Assembly (NCBI GenBank): GCA_944376135.1
Contig: CALWBS010000235.1
Span: 1 to 48,937, forward strand
Direction of reading: 5' to 3'
From: an uncultured Enterocloster sp.
Lineage (GTDB): Bacteria > Bacillota > Clostridia > Lachnospirales > Lachnospiraceae
Length of the DNA: 48,937 nucleotides
Made by a program: the position numbers and the translations under genes. Each line of letters opens with the position of its first letter. Within the stretch, counting starts at the first letter, position 1. The notes under the pieces are model-generated. The model saw only the letters and a list, made by a program, of their open reading frames with translations, had not been told where the DNA came from and did not search any database. This document shows positions 27,713 through 37,802 of the stretch, in pieces.

Positions 27713-29513
27713 ACAGAAACTGATGGAGCGCAGCATTCCTGGCATGAACCGCAATGCCCGTTTTGCGGAAACCGAGCACGCGGAGCATGCGGACGCGGCT
27801 CTCAGGCGCATGGCCTCCTATTTTGCCCGTGAAAAGCTCATGGCTGCGGCCATGACGGCCGCTGTGATTTTCGGAACACTCAGCGGGGTATGGGCCCCCA
27901 GCCTGCAGAGCAGGGCTGTCGATATCATCGCAGGGACAGTGGAGGGAAACCTTGTGCACGCTGTCTTTTTCATGCTGCTCGTCTATCTCTTTTACAGTGC
28001 CTGCCAGCTTTTTCAGGGAATAATCAGCGCAGCGCTCAGCCAGCGCATTGTAAAGCGGATGCGGGAAGAGCTTTTCTCCAAAATCACAGAGCTGCCCGTT
28101 TCCTACCTAGACACCCACTCCCACGGGGATGTTATGAGCCGTATGACGAATGATATCGAAAACATCTCATCCACTGTTTCCCAGTCTCTCCCCTCCCTTT
28201 GCTCCGGCGTGCTGACAATCGCCGGCACCGTCGCCGTCATGGTCTGCTACTGCTGGCAGCTGGCGCTTTTGAGCTGCATCACGGTACTCCTCACCCTCTT
28301 AGCCACCAAGCTCCTGTCCGGCCAGGTGCGGAAATTTTCCCGCCGCCGGCAGCTCCTCTTGGGACAGCTTGGAGGCAGCGTGGAGGAAATGATCGCCGGA
28401 TACCGCACGGTGACCGCCTACAATCATCAGGACATAACGATCCGGGAATTCTGCCAAACCTCTGATTCCCTGACCAAGGCGGGAATTCGAACGGATGTAT
28501 TCAGCGGCGTTATGGGACCTGTAATGAACTGCATCGGCAATATCGGCTTTGTGATCATCGCCGTGTTCGGCGGATATTTTTCCGCCAAAGGGCTGATCTC
28601 TGTTGGCGTAATCTCCGCCTTCATCGTATATGCCAAGCAGTTCTCCCGGCCTATCAATGAGCTGGCCCAGATTTATGGCCAGCTCCAGACCGCCCTTGCC
28701 GGGGCAGAGCGGGTGTTTGCCGTGCTGGATGAGAAGAGGGAAGACCCCTCCGGCCTTTCCTTCGCTGCCAGCCGCGGGGCCAATGTGTCCTTTTCCCATG
28801 TAACTTTCTCCTACAGCCCCGGCTGCCCGGTGATTCACGATTTTTCCCTGACCATCCCATCAGGGAAAAAGGTCGCCCTGGTGGGGGCCACCGGAAGCGG
28901 CAAAACCACCATCGCCAACCTTCTTCTGCGGTTTTACGACATAGACAGCGGAGAAATCCTCATCGATGGGCAGGACATCGGACAGGCTTCCCGTAAGAGC
29001 CTGCGCCGTGCCATTGCCATTGTCCCCCAGGAAGCATTTCTTTTTGCCGATACCATCCGCAATAATCTCCTCTATGCCAATGCCTTTGCGGACGAAAATG
29101 CGCTGCAAGGAGCGGTGGACAGAAGCTGCTGCAGGGAGCTCCTTGGCCAGCTCCCGGACGGTCTCGACACGGTCCTGGCTCCGTCCGGAGAAAATATCAG
29201 CCAGGGCCAGAGACAGCTTCTCACCATTGCCAGGGCCTTTGTAGCCGACCCCAAAATTCTGATTCTGGACGAGGCCACCTCCAATGTGGATACCCGGACA
29301 GAAAAAGCCATCCAGAGCGCCATGCACCAGGTTATGGAAGGGCGCACCAGCATTATCATCGCCCACCGTCTCTCCACGATTCGGGACGCGGACCTCATCG
29401 TTGTCATGGACCAGGGAAAAATCGCGGAACAGGGAACGCACCGGAACCTGCTGGCTCTGAAAGGAAAATATTATGAACTCTATATGGCACAGTTTGCCGG
29501 ATTTGCCACGTAA
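27705..29513 (+). CDS. ABC exporter, fused permease/ATPase subunit 2
   Basis: GATGSGKT, ISQGQRQL, ILDEATSNVD, IAHRL; start ATG 27705 after GGAGGAGG. Confidence 0.93.
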   Translation: MDKQKLMERSIPGMNRNARFAETEHAEHADAALRRMASYFAREKLMAAAMTAAVIFGTLSGVWAPSLQSRAVDIIAGTVEGNLVHAVFFMLLVYLFYSACQLFQGIISAALSQRIVKRMREELFSKITELPVSYLDTHSHGDVMSRMTNDIENISSTVSQSLPSLCSGVLTIAGTVAVMVCYCWQLALLSCITVLLTLLATKLLSGQVRKFSRRRQLLLGQLGGSVEEMIAGYRTVTAYNHQDITIREFCQTSDSLTKAGIRTDVFSGVMGPVMNCIGNIGFVIIAVFGGYFSAKGLISVGVISAFIVYAKQFSRPINELAQIYGQLQTALAGAERVFAVLDEKREDPSGLSFAASRGANVSFSHVTFSYSPGCPVIHDFSLTIPSGKKVALVGATGSGKTTIANLLLRFYDIDSGEILIDGQDIGQASRKSLRRAIAIVPQEAFLFADTIRNNLLYANAFADENALQGAVDRSCCRELLGQLPDGLDTVLAPSGENISQGQRQLLTIARAFVADPKILILDEATSNVDTRTEKAIQSAMHQVMEGRTSIIIAHRLSTIRDADLIVVMDQGKIAEQGTHRNLLALKGKYYELYMAQFAGFAT

Positions 29514-29718
29514 AAATATCCCCCATAAATTAGGTTGAGCCGGCAAGGCTGGCCTTATGCCAACCCCACCGGCTTAGTAAGAAATTCACTCTATGTAAAA
29601 AGCTCTGACTGCTTGTTTATGGTCTTAGTATACGGGAGATTTGTGACGGAAGTTTGGACAGATGCTAAACTCTTTCTAAAGAGATTTAAAAAATTCTGAA
29701 TCTTTAGAATTTCTTTCA

Positions 29719-29747
29719 TTGACATATAATATTATATGTTATATAGT
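29719..29747 (+). promoter_or_regulatory. padR operon promoter with AT-rich palindrome
   Basis: TTGACA (29719-29724), 17 nt, TATAGT (29742-29747); palindrome ATATAATATTATAT at 29724-29737. Confidence 0.7.
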
Positions 29748-29814
29748 ATTGGCAGAAACAGTTCCTCCGGATGCACTGTCCGGGACCATTATGATTCATA
29801 AAAGAGGGATGCAT

Positions 29815-30135
29815 ATGGTATTTAACACAGGCTCTGCCCTTCTGGACGCCATTGTCCTTGCAGTGGTCTCCATAGACACAGAGGGAACTTACGGCTATAA
29901 GATTACGCAGGATGTTCGTCATGCCATTGACATATCGGAATCCACCCTCTATCCCGTGCTGCGGCGCCTCCAGAAAGAGGACTGCCTTGCCGTCTATGAT
30001 ATGGCCATTGACGGGAGAAACCGCCGGTATTACAAACTGACGGAAAAAGGGCGGGTTCAGCTCAAGCTGTACCGCGGCGAATGGGCCGCTTATTCCCAAA
30101 AAATCAGCCGAATCTTTAAGGAGGCCAGGATATGA
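29815..30135 (+). CDS. PadR family transcriptional regulator
   Basis: TYGYKI, ISESTLYPVLRRL, GRNRRYYKLT. Confidence 0.92.
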   Translation: MVFNTGSALLDAIVLAVVSIDTEGTYGYKITQDVRHAIDISESTLYPVLRRLQKEDCLAVYDMAIDGRNRRYYKLTEKGRVQLKLYRGEWAAYSQKISRIFKEARI

Positions 30136-30890
30136 CCAGGGATGCATTTATGAGAGAGCTCGCGTACCTGCTCCAGGATATAGATGCGGAGGACCGGCAG
30201 GATGCGCTCCAGTATTACAATGATTACTTTGATGAGGCCGGCACGGACAAGGAGCCGGAGATTATAAAAGAGCTGGGAAGTCCGGAGCAGCTTGCGTCCA
30301 TCATCCGCTCCAATCTGAACGGAAATTTAAAAGACGGAGGAGAATTTACGGAAACCGGTTACGAGGATGCGCGGTTTCGCCGGCCGGGCGGAGAAGTAGC
30401 CCCGGCTGTGCAGTCCGCAGGACGGCAGCGAGAAAAAGAAAGCGCTGACTTTTCTAAGGGAACCGCTTCCCGCGCATCCGCGGGAGAGACGGAGCGGAAA
30501 CCGCCTTTTACAAGCCGGCCCCTGAAGATTTTTTTGTGGATTGTCCTGCTGGTTCTTCTCTTTCCCGCCCTTCTGGGTGTGGGAGGCGGAATTTTGGGTG
30601 TCCTTGCGGGGATTGTCGGTCTGCTTATCGGTCTGTTTCTTATTTTGGGTATATGTACCCTGGCCTTTCTCGTCACAGGAATCTTTTTGATTCCCTTTGG
30701 GGTATTTGCCATTTTTGCCCGGCCGTTAAGCGGTGTCATGACAGCCGGCATAGGGCTCATCTTTCTGGGCGGAGGGCTTCTTCTTTTGTCCCTCTCCCTC
30801 CTTTTTTACGGGCGGTTTATCCCGTTTGCCCTGAATAAATTTGCGGATGCCGCGGGCCGGCTGATCCATGGAAGGAGGGTTCGGGCATGA
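30132..30890 (+). CDS. DUF1700/HAAS-domain membrane protein
   Basis: MTRDAFMRELAYLL...DALQYYNDYFDEAG...ELGSP N-terminus, three C-terminal TM helices, typical position after padR. Confidence 0.85.
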   Translation: MTRDAFMRELAYLLQDIDAEDRQDALQYYNDYFDEAGTDKEPEIIKELGSPEQLASIIRSNLNGNLKDGGEFTETGYEDARFRRPGGEVAPAVQSAGRQREKESADFSKGTASRASAGETERKPPFTSRPLKIFLWIVLLVLLFPALLGVGGGILGVLAGIVGLLIGLFLILGICTLAFLVTGIFLIPFGVFAIFARPLSGVMTAGIGLIFLGGGLLLLSLSLLFYGRFIPFALNKFADAAGRLIHGRRVRA

Positions 30891-31129
30891 AAAAATTGAT
30901 TCGGCACTGTGCGGCCATGGGCGCCGTCTTTCTGCTGACTGGCTGTCTCATCACAGCGGCGGCAGCCGGTCTGGGCGGTTCTCTGCCCAGCTACCGCTTT
31001 CATCCCCTCCGCGGTGTCTTTCTTCTGGAGGAAAGGGCGGATGACTTTTTCGACGGCCTGGAAGACCGTCTGGAACATATTTTTGATCGGGACAGATGGG
31101 AACATCACCGGGAAAGGAGATTTTTATGA
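30887..31129 (+). CDS. Small membrane-anchored hypothetical protein
   Basis: GGAGG SD, ATGA overlaps with both neighbours, one N-terminal hydrophobic helix. Confidence 0.65.
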   Translation: MKKLIRHCAAMGAVFLLTGCLITAAAAGLGGSLPSYRFHPLRGVFLLEERADDFFDGLEDRLEHIFDRDRWEHHRERRFL

Positions 31130-31323
31130 ACAGAAAATTGTACCGCTCCAGCAAGGATCACATGCTCTGCGGGGTATGCGGCGGCCTTGGAGAATATTTA
31201 AACGTTGATCCCACCATTATCCGGCTGATTTGGGCTATCTGCACGGTGTGCACTCTGTTTTTGGGAATTGTGGCCTATCTGGCGGCCGCCATCATTATTC
31301 CTTCCGATCCGAATCAATACTAG
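31126..31323 (+). CDS. PspC domain protein
   Basis: RKLYRS...MLCGVCGGLGEYLNVDPTIIRL...AYLAAAIIIP. Confidence 0.92.
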   Translation: MNRKLYRSSKDHMLCGVCGGLGEYLNVDPTIIRLIWAICTVCTLFLGIVAYLAAAIIIPSDPNQY

Positions 31324-32146
31324 TCTGTGAACCGGCTGCCGACAAGAGCTTTCGGTAGCCGGAGGGAGTCATCCCCGTAACCGATTTAAACACACGGTTA
31401 AAATGGGTAATATTGGAAAATCCCGTAGCCTTGCTGATTTCTGTGATATTTCCGTCCGTCTCCATAAACTTGCGCTGGGCGTTCATAATTCTTGTGACGT
31501 TCAGATACTGAATGATGGTGCTGTTGGTATATTTTTTAAATTCCCTGCACAGATAGTAAGGGCTGACATAAAATCTTTGGGCCAGGCTGTCCAGGGTGAT
31601 ATCCTCCTGGTAATGGGTATGGATATAATTTATCACCTCTCCCATCCGGCCTTTCTTTTCTTCCTTTACCGGGACTTGAATCTGTCGGACGATAATCAGA
31701 AGAATCATATTGAGCAGCGTATGGCTGTAAAACTCGAACAGAGTTCCTTTCTGCTCCTGCTCCTTAAGCAGGCCCTCCAGCATACGGTGAATCAGTTGCT
31801 TCGTCCGCACATCCGGTTTATATACCCCCGTCCCCTTTTCCAGCATGCGCAGAAGCGAAGATGCGCCCACCTCCTCCTTGCGGAAATAGAGAAGGAATCG
31901 CTTAAATTCTATGTTCTTTTCCCCATAAGAATGGTGCATCATATAAGGAGGAAAAATCAAAAATTCTCCCGGATATATCTTATAAAGCCGGTCCTGAATC
32001 ATGTGATATCGTTCTCCTGCTTCCAGATAATACAATTCAAAATATTCATGATAGTGGGATTTGACCATATTGTCATTCACTCCGGCTATCCTCTCACACG
32101 CAATGCTGTGTCCCTGAGCCATCATAATCCCCGCCTGATCAATCAT
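31295..32146 (-). CDS. AraC family transcriptional regulator
   Basis: N-terminal cupin HYHEYFELYY; C-terminal double HTH GFSNITHFNRVFK...GMTPSGYRK; divergent from the GH31 gene. Confidence 0.93.
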   Translation of the reverse strand: MIDQAGIMMAQGHSIACERIAGVNDNMVKSHYHEYFELYYLEAGERYHMIQDRLYKIYPGEFLIFPPYMMHHSYGEKNIEFKRFLLYFRKEEVGASSLLRMLEKGTGVYKPDVRTKQLIHRMLEGLLKEQEQKGTLFEFYSHTLLNMILLIIVRQIQVPVKEEKKGRMGEVINYIHTHYQEDITLDSLAQRFYVSPYYLCREFKKYTNSTIIQYLNVTRIMNAQRKFMETDGNITEISKATGFSNITHFNRVFKSVTGMTPSGYRKLLSAAGSQTSIDSDRKE

Positions 32147-32414
32147 ATGTATCCCCCTCGTTTTGGTAAAAACCGCAAATTCCTCGATATTTTTCCTCTT
32201 GTTTTGATCGTTTTTTCTTTCATATTGTTTTTACACCCAAACAATCCCTTTCGTCTCGTTAAAAAAGCATAAATTTCTTCCATTTTCGCAAAAGAAAGCA
32301 AGATATGTTGAAAAACTGCCCTTTCACTGCAATTTTTGTCTAGTTTCTCCTCCCCTATTTTACTATCATGTTACTACAAAACCGGTTTTAAGAAAATAAG
32401 GAGGCAGAAATTTT

Positions 32415-34916
32415 ATGAAGGTATGCACAAGTGCCAGCACAGTTAAGCAGGAAAACGGATACTTCTCCCTCAAAACAAATGCGGCGGAAATCCGAATCTG
32501 GTTCTTGACTGACTCCATTCTGCGCATCCGGGCAAGCTTTGACGGAGATTTTGCCGAGGAATCCTACAGTCTGGTGACAACCGCCTGGAAGGACAGAATG
32601 GATGATTTTATGAAGGGCCGCAGAAAGCGGATTGAACCGGCCGGCGCTGTTCTGAATGATGGGGACATTCAGGCGGTAATCCAGGGGAAAAAGCTCCGGG
32701 TGGTTGTGGAAAAAGAGCCCTTCCGCATCTGCGTATTTGATGAAGATGGGACGATGCTCCACGCGGACATCGTGGATCTTGCCTATCAGGAGGACTCCAA
32801 TCACCGAAGAATCCACACCAGCGAGATTTCTCCCGCAGACTGCTTCTATGGCTTTGGCGAAAAGAGCGGAGAATTTAACAAGGCCCAGAAGTTTATGGGG
32901 ATGAGCCCCAAGGACGCCATGGGCTACAATCCCAAGGAGACGGATTCCCTCTACAAGCACATTCCCTTCTACATCAAGTTAAACCGGGATACAAAAAAGG
33001 CCGTGGGCTATTTCTATCACAACACCTATGAGTGCGACTTCGATATGGGACGTGAGAAAAGCAATTATTGGAAGATGCACAGCCGCTACCGGACGGACGG
33101 CGGAGATATCGACCTGTTCTTAATTACGGGCCCCACGGTGCGGGAAGTTGTAGAGCGCTACACGGATCTTACGGGAAAATCCGCTATGCTTCCCAAGTAT
33201 GCTCTGGGCTATCTGGGCTCCTCCATGTACTATCCGGAGCTTGAGGCGGACTGCGACGACGCCATCACGGAATTTATTGACACCACCAAGGAGGAAGGAA
33301 TCCCGGTAGACGGCTTCCAGCTCTCCTCTGGCTACTGTGCCATTGAAACCGAGCAGGGAATTAAGCGCTGCGTGTTCACCTGGAATAAGAAGCGCTTTAA
33401 AGACCCGAAAGATTTCTTCGAACAGATGAAGAAGAGAGGCGTATGCGTATCTCCTAATGTAAAGCCGGGCATTCTCCTGGTTCATCCCAAGCTGGAGGAG
33501 ATGAAGGCCAAGGGCATGTTCATCAAGGACAGCGTAAAGGACACCCCCGGCATCGGCACCTGGTGGGGCGGCAAAGGCATGTTCGTGGACTTTACAGACA
33601 AAGAGACCCGCGAGAACTGGAAGGCCATGTTAAAGGAAAACGTGCTGGACTACGGCACCAGCTCGGTGTGGAACGACAACTGCGAGTACGACAGCATGGT
33701 TGACAAGGACTGCCGCTGCTCGTTTGAAGGAAAGGGCGGCACCATCGGCCAATTAAAGTCCGTTATGTCCAATATCATGTGCCATATCACGGACGAGGCG
33801 ATCCATGAGACCTATCCCAACACCCGTCCCTATATTGTGTGCCGCTCCGGACACTGCGGCATCCAGCGCTACGCGCAGACCTGGGCCGGCGACAATCTGA
33901 CCTGCTGGGATTCTCTAAAATACAACATTGCCACCATCCTGGGCATGAGCCTGTCAGGCGTGGCAAATCAGGGCTGCGACATCGGCGGATTTTATGGGCC
34001 GGCGCCTGAGGCAGAGCTTCTGGTTCGGTGGATTCAGAACGGCATTTTCCAGCCCCGTTTTTCCATCCACTCCACCAACACGGACAATACCGTGACTGAA
34101 CCTTGGATGTACAGCGACTGCAAGGGATACATACGGGATGCCATCGAGTTCCGCTATCGGATGTTCCCCTACCTGTACTCTCTGATGGAGCGCGCCCATG
34201 ATACAGGGCTTCCCATTATGGAGCCCCTGTGCAGCGCCTTCCAGAATGATCCGAAGTGCTATGAGGAGGGCGTGGACTTCATGTTCGGCGACTCTCTTCT
34301 GGTAGCCAACGTGGTGGAGAAGGGCGCCAAGACCCGGAAGGTATATCTGCCCGCAGGCGAGACCTTCTATGATTTTTATACCCGTACGCCTTACGAGGGC
34401 GGCCAGACCATCGAGCTGCCCGTAGACCTGGGAAGCATCCCTCTGTTCGTCCGGGGAAATGCGCTTGTGCCCATGGCCTCCAACCAGATGCACAATCTGA
34501 TGAACGAGACGGTAACAGGCATTACGCTCCTGTGCGCCGCTGACAGGGACAACTCCTTCACGCTGTATGAGGATGACGGTGTGACCATGGATTACGAGAA
34601 GGGTCAGTATGTAAAGACCTTTATCACCATGAAGGCCGGAGAAAAAACCACCCTGGATTTTGCGCGTGAGGGAAGCTATGAGAGCACAGCGGACACCATG
34701 GCCATCGACATGATTCACCGGGAGAAATCTCCCTTCTGGGTGACAGTGGACGGAGAATTGGTTCCCCATTTCCTTCACAGGCGCAAGTTTGAGGAGGCGG
34801 AGTGCGGCTGGTATTACAGCCAGAGCCTCAAATCTGTACAGATAAAATATAAAAATCCGAAAAAGGATTACCAGGTTGTAGTGTCCTTTGAGCAGTTTGA
34901 TTTAATAGGTATGTAA
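32415..34916 (+). CDS. Glycoside hydrolase family 31
   Basis: FYGFGEK, DSLYKHIPF, nucleophile motif VWNDNCEY, TWAGDN, GCDIGGF, ELLVRWIQ, LYEDDG. Confidence 0.92.
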   Translation: MKVCTSASTVKQENGYFSLKTNAAEIRIWFLTDSILRIRASFDGDFAEESYSLVTTAWKDRMDDFMKGRRKRIEPAGAVLNDGDIQAVIQGKKLRVVVEKEPFRICVFDEDGTMLHADIVDLAYQEDSNHRRIHTSEISPADCFYGFGEKSGEFNKAQKFMGMSPKDAMGYNPKETDSLYKHIPFYIKLNRDTKKAVGYFYHNTYECDFDMGREKSNYWKMHSRYRTDGGDIDLFLITGPTVREVVERYTDLTGKSAMLPKYALGYLGSSMYYPELEADCDDAITEFIDTTKEEGIPVDGFQLSSGYCAIETEQGIKRCVFTWNKKRFKDPKDFFEQMKKRGVCVSPNVKPGILLVHPKLEEMKAKGMFIKDSVKDTPGIGTWWGGKGMFVDFTDKETRENWKAMLKENVLDYGTSSVWNDNCEYDSMVDKDCRCSFEGKGGTIGQLKSVMSNIMCHITDEAIHETYPNTRPYIVCRSGHCGIQRYAQTWAGDNLTCWDSLKYNIATILGMSLSGVANQGCDIGGFYGPAPEAELLVRWIQNGIFQPRFSIHSTNTDNTVTEPWMYSDCKGYIRDAIEFRYRMFPYLYSLMERAHDTGLPIMEPLCSAFQNDPKCYEEGVDFMFGDSLLVANVVEKGAKTRKVYLPAGETFYDFYTRTPYEGGQTIELPVDLGSIPLFVRGNALVPMASNQMHNLMNETVTGITLLCAADRDNSFTLYEDDGVTMDYEKGQYVKTFITMKAGEKTTLDFAREGSYESTADTMAIDMIHREKSPFWVTVDGELVPHFLHRRKFEEAECGWYYSQSLKSVQIKYKNPKKDYQVVVSFEQFDLIGM

Positions 34917-34936
34917 AAAGAAAGGGGATTTTAAAT

Positions 34937-35959
34937 ATGAAGAAATTTGCAGCAATTGCGGCAGCCTTCGGCCTTTCGGCTCTGGCGCTGTCCGGCTGCG
35001 CCTCCTCCGGCGCCGCCACCAGTGCCCAGGCAACGGCTGAGAACCCCATGGTTCTTACTCTGGCCCACGGTTTAAGCGAAAGCCATACCGTTCACATCGC
35101 CATGACAGAGTTTGCGCAGAAGGTGGAGGAGAGAACAAACGGCCGTATCCAGGTAAAAATTTTCCCCAACGGCCAGCTTGGCTCCGAGACGGAGAACATG
35201 GAGCAGCTCATGGCCGGGGTTATCGCTATGACAAAGGTTTCTGCTCCCGGCCTTGCAACCTACAATGAGGCCTACCACACCTTCGGCCTTCCCTACCTGT
35301 TTGACGACACTGAGGATTTCTACCATGTGATGGATTCCCAGCAGATGCGCGACTTCTTCCTCTCCACAGCGGACGACGGGTTTGTGACCCTCACTTACTA
35401 TACCTCAGGCGCCCGTTCCTTCTACACCAAGGACAAAGCCATCCGCACTCCCGAGGACCTGCACGGACTCAAGATCCGTGTCCAGGACATGCAGTCCCAG
35501 ACCGATATGCTGGAAGCCCTCGGCGGCATCCCCGTAGCTATGTCCTACGGTGATGTGTACACCTCCCTTCAGACCGGAATTATTGACGGAACGGAGAACA
35601 ACGAGACCGCCCTCACCACCGGCAAGCACGGAGAGATCTGCAAGGTATTCTCAAAGGACGAACATGCCATGATCCCTGACGTTATGGTTATGAGCGCGCA
35701 GATTTGGAACAATATCAGTCCCGAGGATCAGCAGATTATCCTGGAAGCTGCCTATGAGTCCACAGACAGCCATAAGATTGCCTGGGATGCAGCCATCGAG
35801 GAAGCGGTCCAGGAGGCCAAAGACACGATGGGCGTCACCTTTGTGGAGGATGTAGACAAGGAAGCGTTCCGGGAAGCCACTGCCGGCCTGGTTGACGAGT
35901 ACTGCGCGCGGTATCCCGGCGTTCAGCAGATGGTTGACCTCATCAATTCCGTAGAGTAA
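34937..35959 (+). CDS. dctP: TRAP transporter substrate-binding lipoprotein
   Basis: Lipobox LSGC; FPNGQLG, DLHGLKIRVQ (conserved Arg), LQTGIIDGTEN. Confidence 0.93.
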   Translation: MKKFAAIAAAFGLSALALSGCASSGAATSAQATAENPMVLTLAHGLSESHTVHIAMTEFAQKVEERTNGRIQVKIFPNGQLGSETENMEQLMAGVIAMTKVSAPGLATYNEAYHTFGLPYLFDDTEDFYHVMDSQQMRDFFLSTADDGFVTLTYYTSGARSFYTKDKAIRTPEDLHGLKIRVQDMQSQTDMLEALGGIPVAMSYGDVYTSLQTGIIDGTENNETALTTGKHGEICKVFSKDEHAMIPDVMVMSAQIWNNISPEDQQIILEAAYESTDSHKIAWDAAIEEAVQEAKDTMGVTFVEDVDKEAFREATAGLVDEYCARYPGVQQMVDLINSVE

Positions 35960-35972
35960 AGGGGGAGTTTTC

Positions 35973-36461
35973 ATGAAAGAGTTTTTGACGACTGTTAAAA
36001 AGTGGATGATCTTCTTTTTGTCCCGCATTGCGACCGTACTTTTGTCCTTTATGACCATCCTGGTATTGTACCAGGTATTTACCCGCTACGTGTTAAATAA
36101 TCCCGCAGCCTTCACCGAGGAGCTTGTGCGCTACTCCCTGATCTGGACCAGCTTTATCGGCGCAGCCTATGCGTTCAGCAGCCGGGATCACATGGCTCTG
36201 GTCATTCTCCATGACAGCTTAAAGCCCTCAGGCCAAAGGATCCTCATGATTTTCATTGACACGCTGATCCTGCTCTTCGCCATTCTGATCATCACCATCG
36301 GCGGATTTAAGCTGGCTGTCAGCGCCCGTCAGGAATTCTCCGCTCTTTTGGGAATTCCCAGAAGCTTAGTGTACGCCATGGCGCCTATTTCCGGAATTTT
36401 CATCATCCTTGCCCAGATTATCAATCTGTATGAGGATGTCACCGGAACCAAGATTGAATAA
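35973..36461 (+). CDS. dctQ: TRAP transporter small permease
   Basis: QVFTRYV...TEELVRY...FIGA; four TM helices. Confidence 0.92.
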   Translation: MKEFLTTVKKWMIFFLSRIATVLLSFMTILVLYQVFTRYVLNNPAAFTEELVRYSLIWTSFIGAAYAFSSRDHMALVILHDSLKPSGQRILMIFIDTLILLFAILIITIGGFKLAVSARQEFSALLGIPRSLVYAMAPISGIFIILAQIINLYEDVTGTKIE

Positions 36462-36476
36462 GGAGGGATTTGCGTA

Positions 36477-37778
36477 ATGAGTCTAGGTCTTACAACTGTT
36501 GTCCTGTTCGCGGTCTTCATCGCCCTGCTGTTTTTGGGCTGCCCGATTTCCGTAGGTATTGTTATCTCGTCCATCGTAGCCGCGGCTTCCAGCCTGTCCT
36601 GGGATCAGATCACCTTCATCACCATGCAGAAGATGAACAGCGGCGTGGAAAGCTTCTCCCTGCTCGCAATTCCGCTTTTCGTGCTGGCAGGAAATATTAT
36701 GAACAACGGCGGCATCGCAAGACGCCTTGTAAATTTTGCAAAACTTTTCGTTGGCTGGTGCCCCGGCTCCTTGGCCCAGGCCAATATCGTGGGCAACATG
36801 CTTTTCGGCGCACTGTCCGGCTCTTCTGTTGCCGCCGCAACCGCTATGGGCGGCTGCATCTACCCCATCCAGCAGGAGGAGGGCTATGACCCGGCATTCG
36901 CAACCGCGGCAAATATTGCCTCCGCGCCCACAGGCCTTTTGATCCCGCCCACCAGCGCATTCATCGTGTACTCCACGGTGGCCGGCGGCGTATCCATCTC
37001 CACCCTGTTTATGGCCGGCTATATTCCCGGCATCCTCATGGGTCTGGGCTCCATGGTGGTCGCTTTCCTGTATGCCAAGAAGCACAAATACCCCACCTCA
37101 GGTTTCCCGGGAATGAAAGAGGCTGTCAAGGTTACTCTGGAGGCCCTTCCCAGCCTGCTGCTCATCATCATTGTAATCGGCGGTATTGTAAGCGGTATCT
37201 TCACAGCGACCGAGGGCGCAGGCATCTCCGTGCTGTACTGTCTGATCCTGTCCATCTGCTACAGAAGCATCACGGTTAAGGACTTTTCCGATATCCTGGT
37301 AAAGAGCGCCTGCACCAGCGGCACGGTTCTCTTCCTGATTTCCGCATCTTCGGCCATGTCCTTTGTAATGGCTTACTCCGGAATTCCGGCTGCCATCAGT
37401 ACCGCGATCATGAGCGTGTCCACCAACAAGGTTGTAATCTTCTTCCTGATGAACATCATCCTGTTAGTGGTCGGTATGTTCATGGACATCACGCCTGCAA
37501 TCCTGATTTTCACTCCCATCTTCCTGCCCATCGCAGAGAGCCTGGGAATGTCCAACATCCAGTTCGGCGTTATGCTGATCTTCAACATGTGCATGGGCAA
37601 CATGACCCCGCCGGTTGGCTCCGTTCTGTTCGTTGGCTGCGGCATCAGCAAAATCAGCATTGAGGCGGTTGCAAAAACACTGCTCCCCTATTTCGCCGTA
37701 TTGTTTGTCCTGCTCCTGGCCGTGACTTACATACCGGCGCTGTCGCTGGGAGTTCCGCAGCTGATGGGGCTGATCTAA
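36477..37778 (+). CDS. dctM: TRAP transporter large permease
   Basis: LLAIPLFVLAGNIM, SGSSVA, LIPPT, TPPVG. Confidence 0.94.
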   Translation: MSLGLTTVVLFAVFIALLFLGCPISVGIVISSIVAAASSLSWDQITFITMQKMNSGVESFSLLAIPLFVLAGNIMNNGGIARRLVNFAKLFVGWCPGSLAQANIVGNMLFGALSGSSVAAATAMGGCIYPIQQEEGYDPAFATAANIASAPTGLLIPPTSAFIVYSTVAGGVSISTLFMAGYIPGILMGLGSMVVAFLYAKKHKYPTSGFPGMKEAVKVTLEALPSLLLIIIVIGGIVSGIFTATEGAGISVLYCLILSICYRSITVKDFSDILVKSACTSGTVLFLISASSAMSFVMAYSGIPAAISTAIMSVSTNKVVIFFLMNIILLVVGMFMDITPAILIFTPIFLPIAESLGMSNIQFGVMLIFNMCMGNMTPPVGSVLFVGCGISKISIEAVAKTLLPYFAVLFVLLLAVTYIPALSLGVPQLMGLI

Positions 37779-37802
37779 AAAATTTCTGATACATCCTTAG
37801 AA

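Noticed and set aside
32415-34916. Calling the GH31 a sulfoquinovosidase because of nearby TRAP and sulfatase genes
   Set aside because: Nucleophile motif is WNDNCE rather than the WMADFGE type, and no sulfoglycolysis genes are present.
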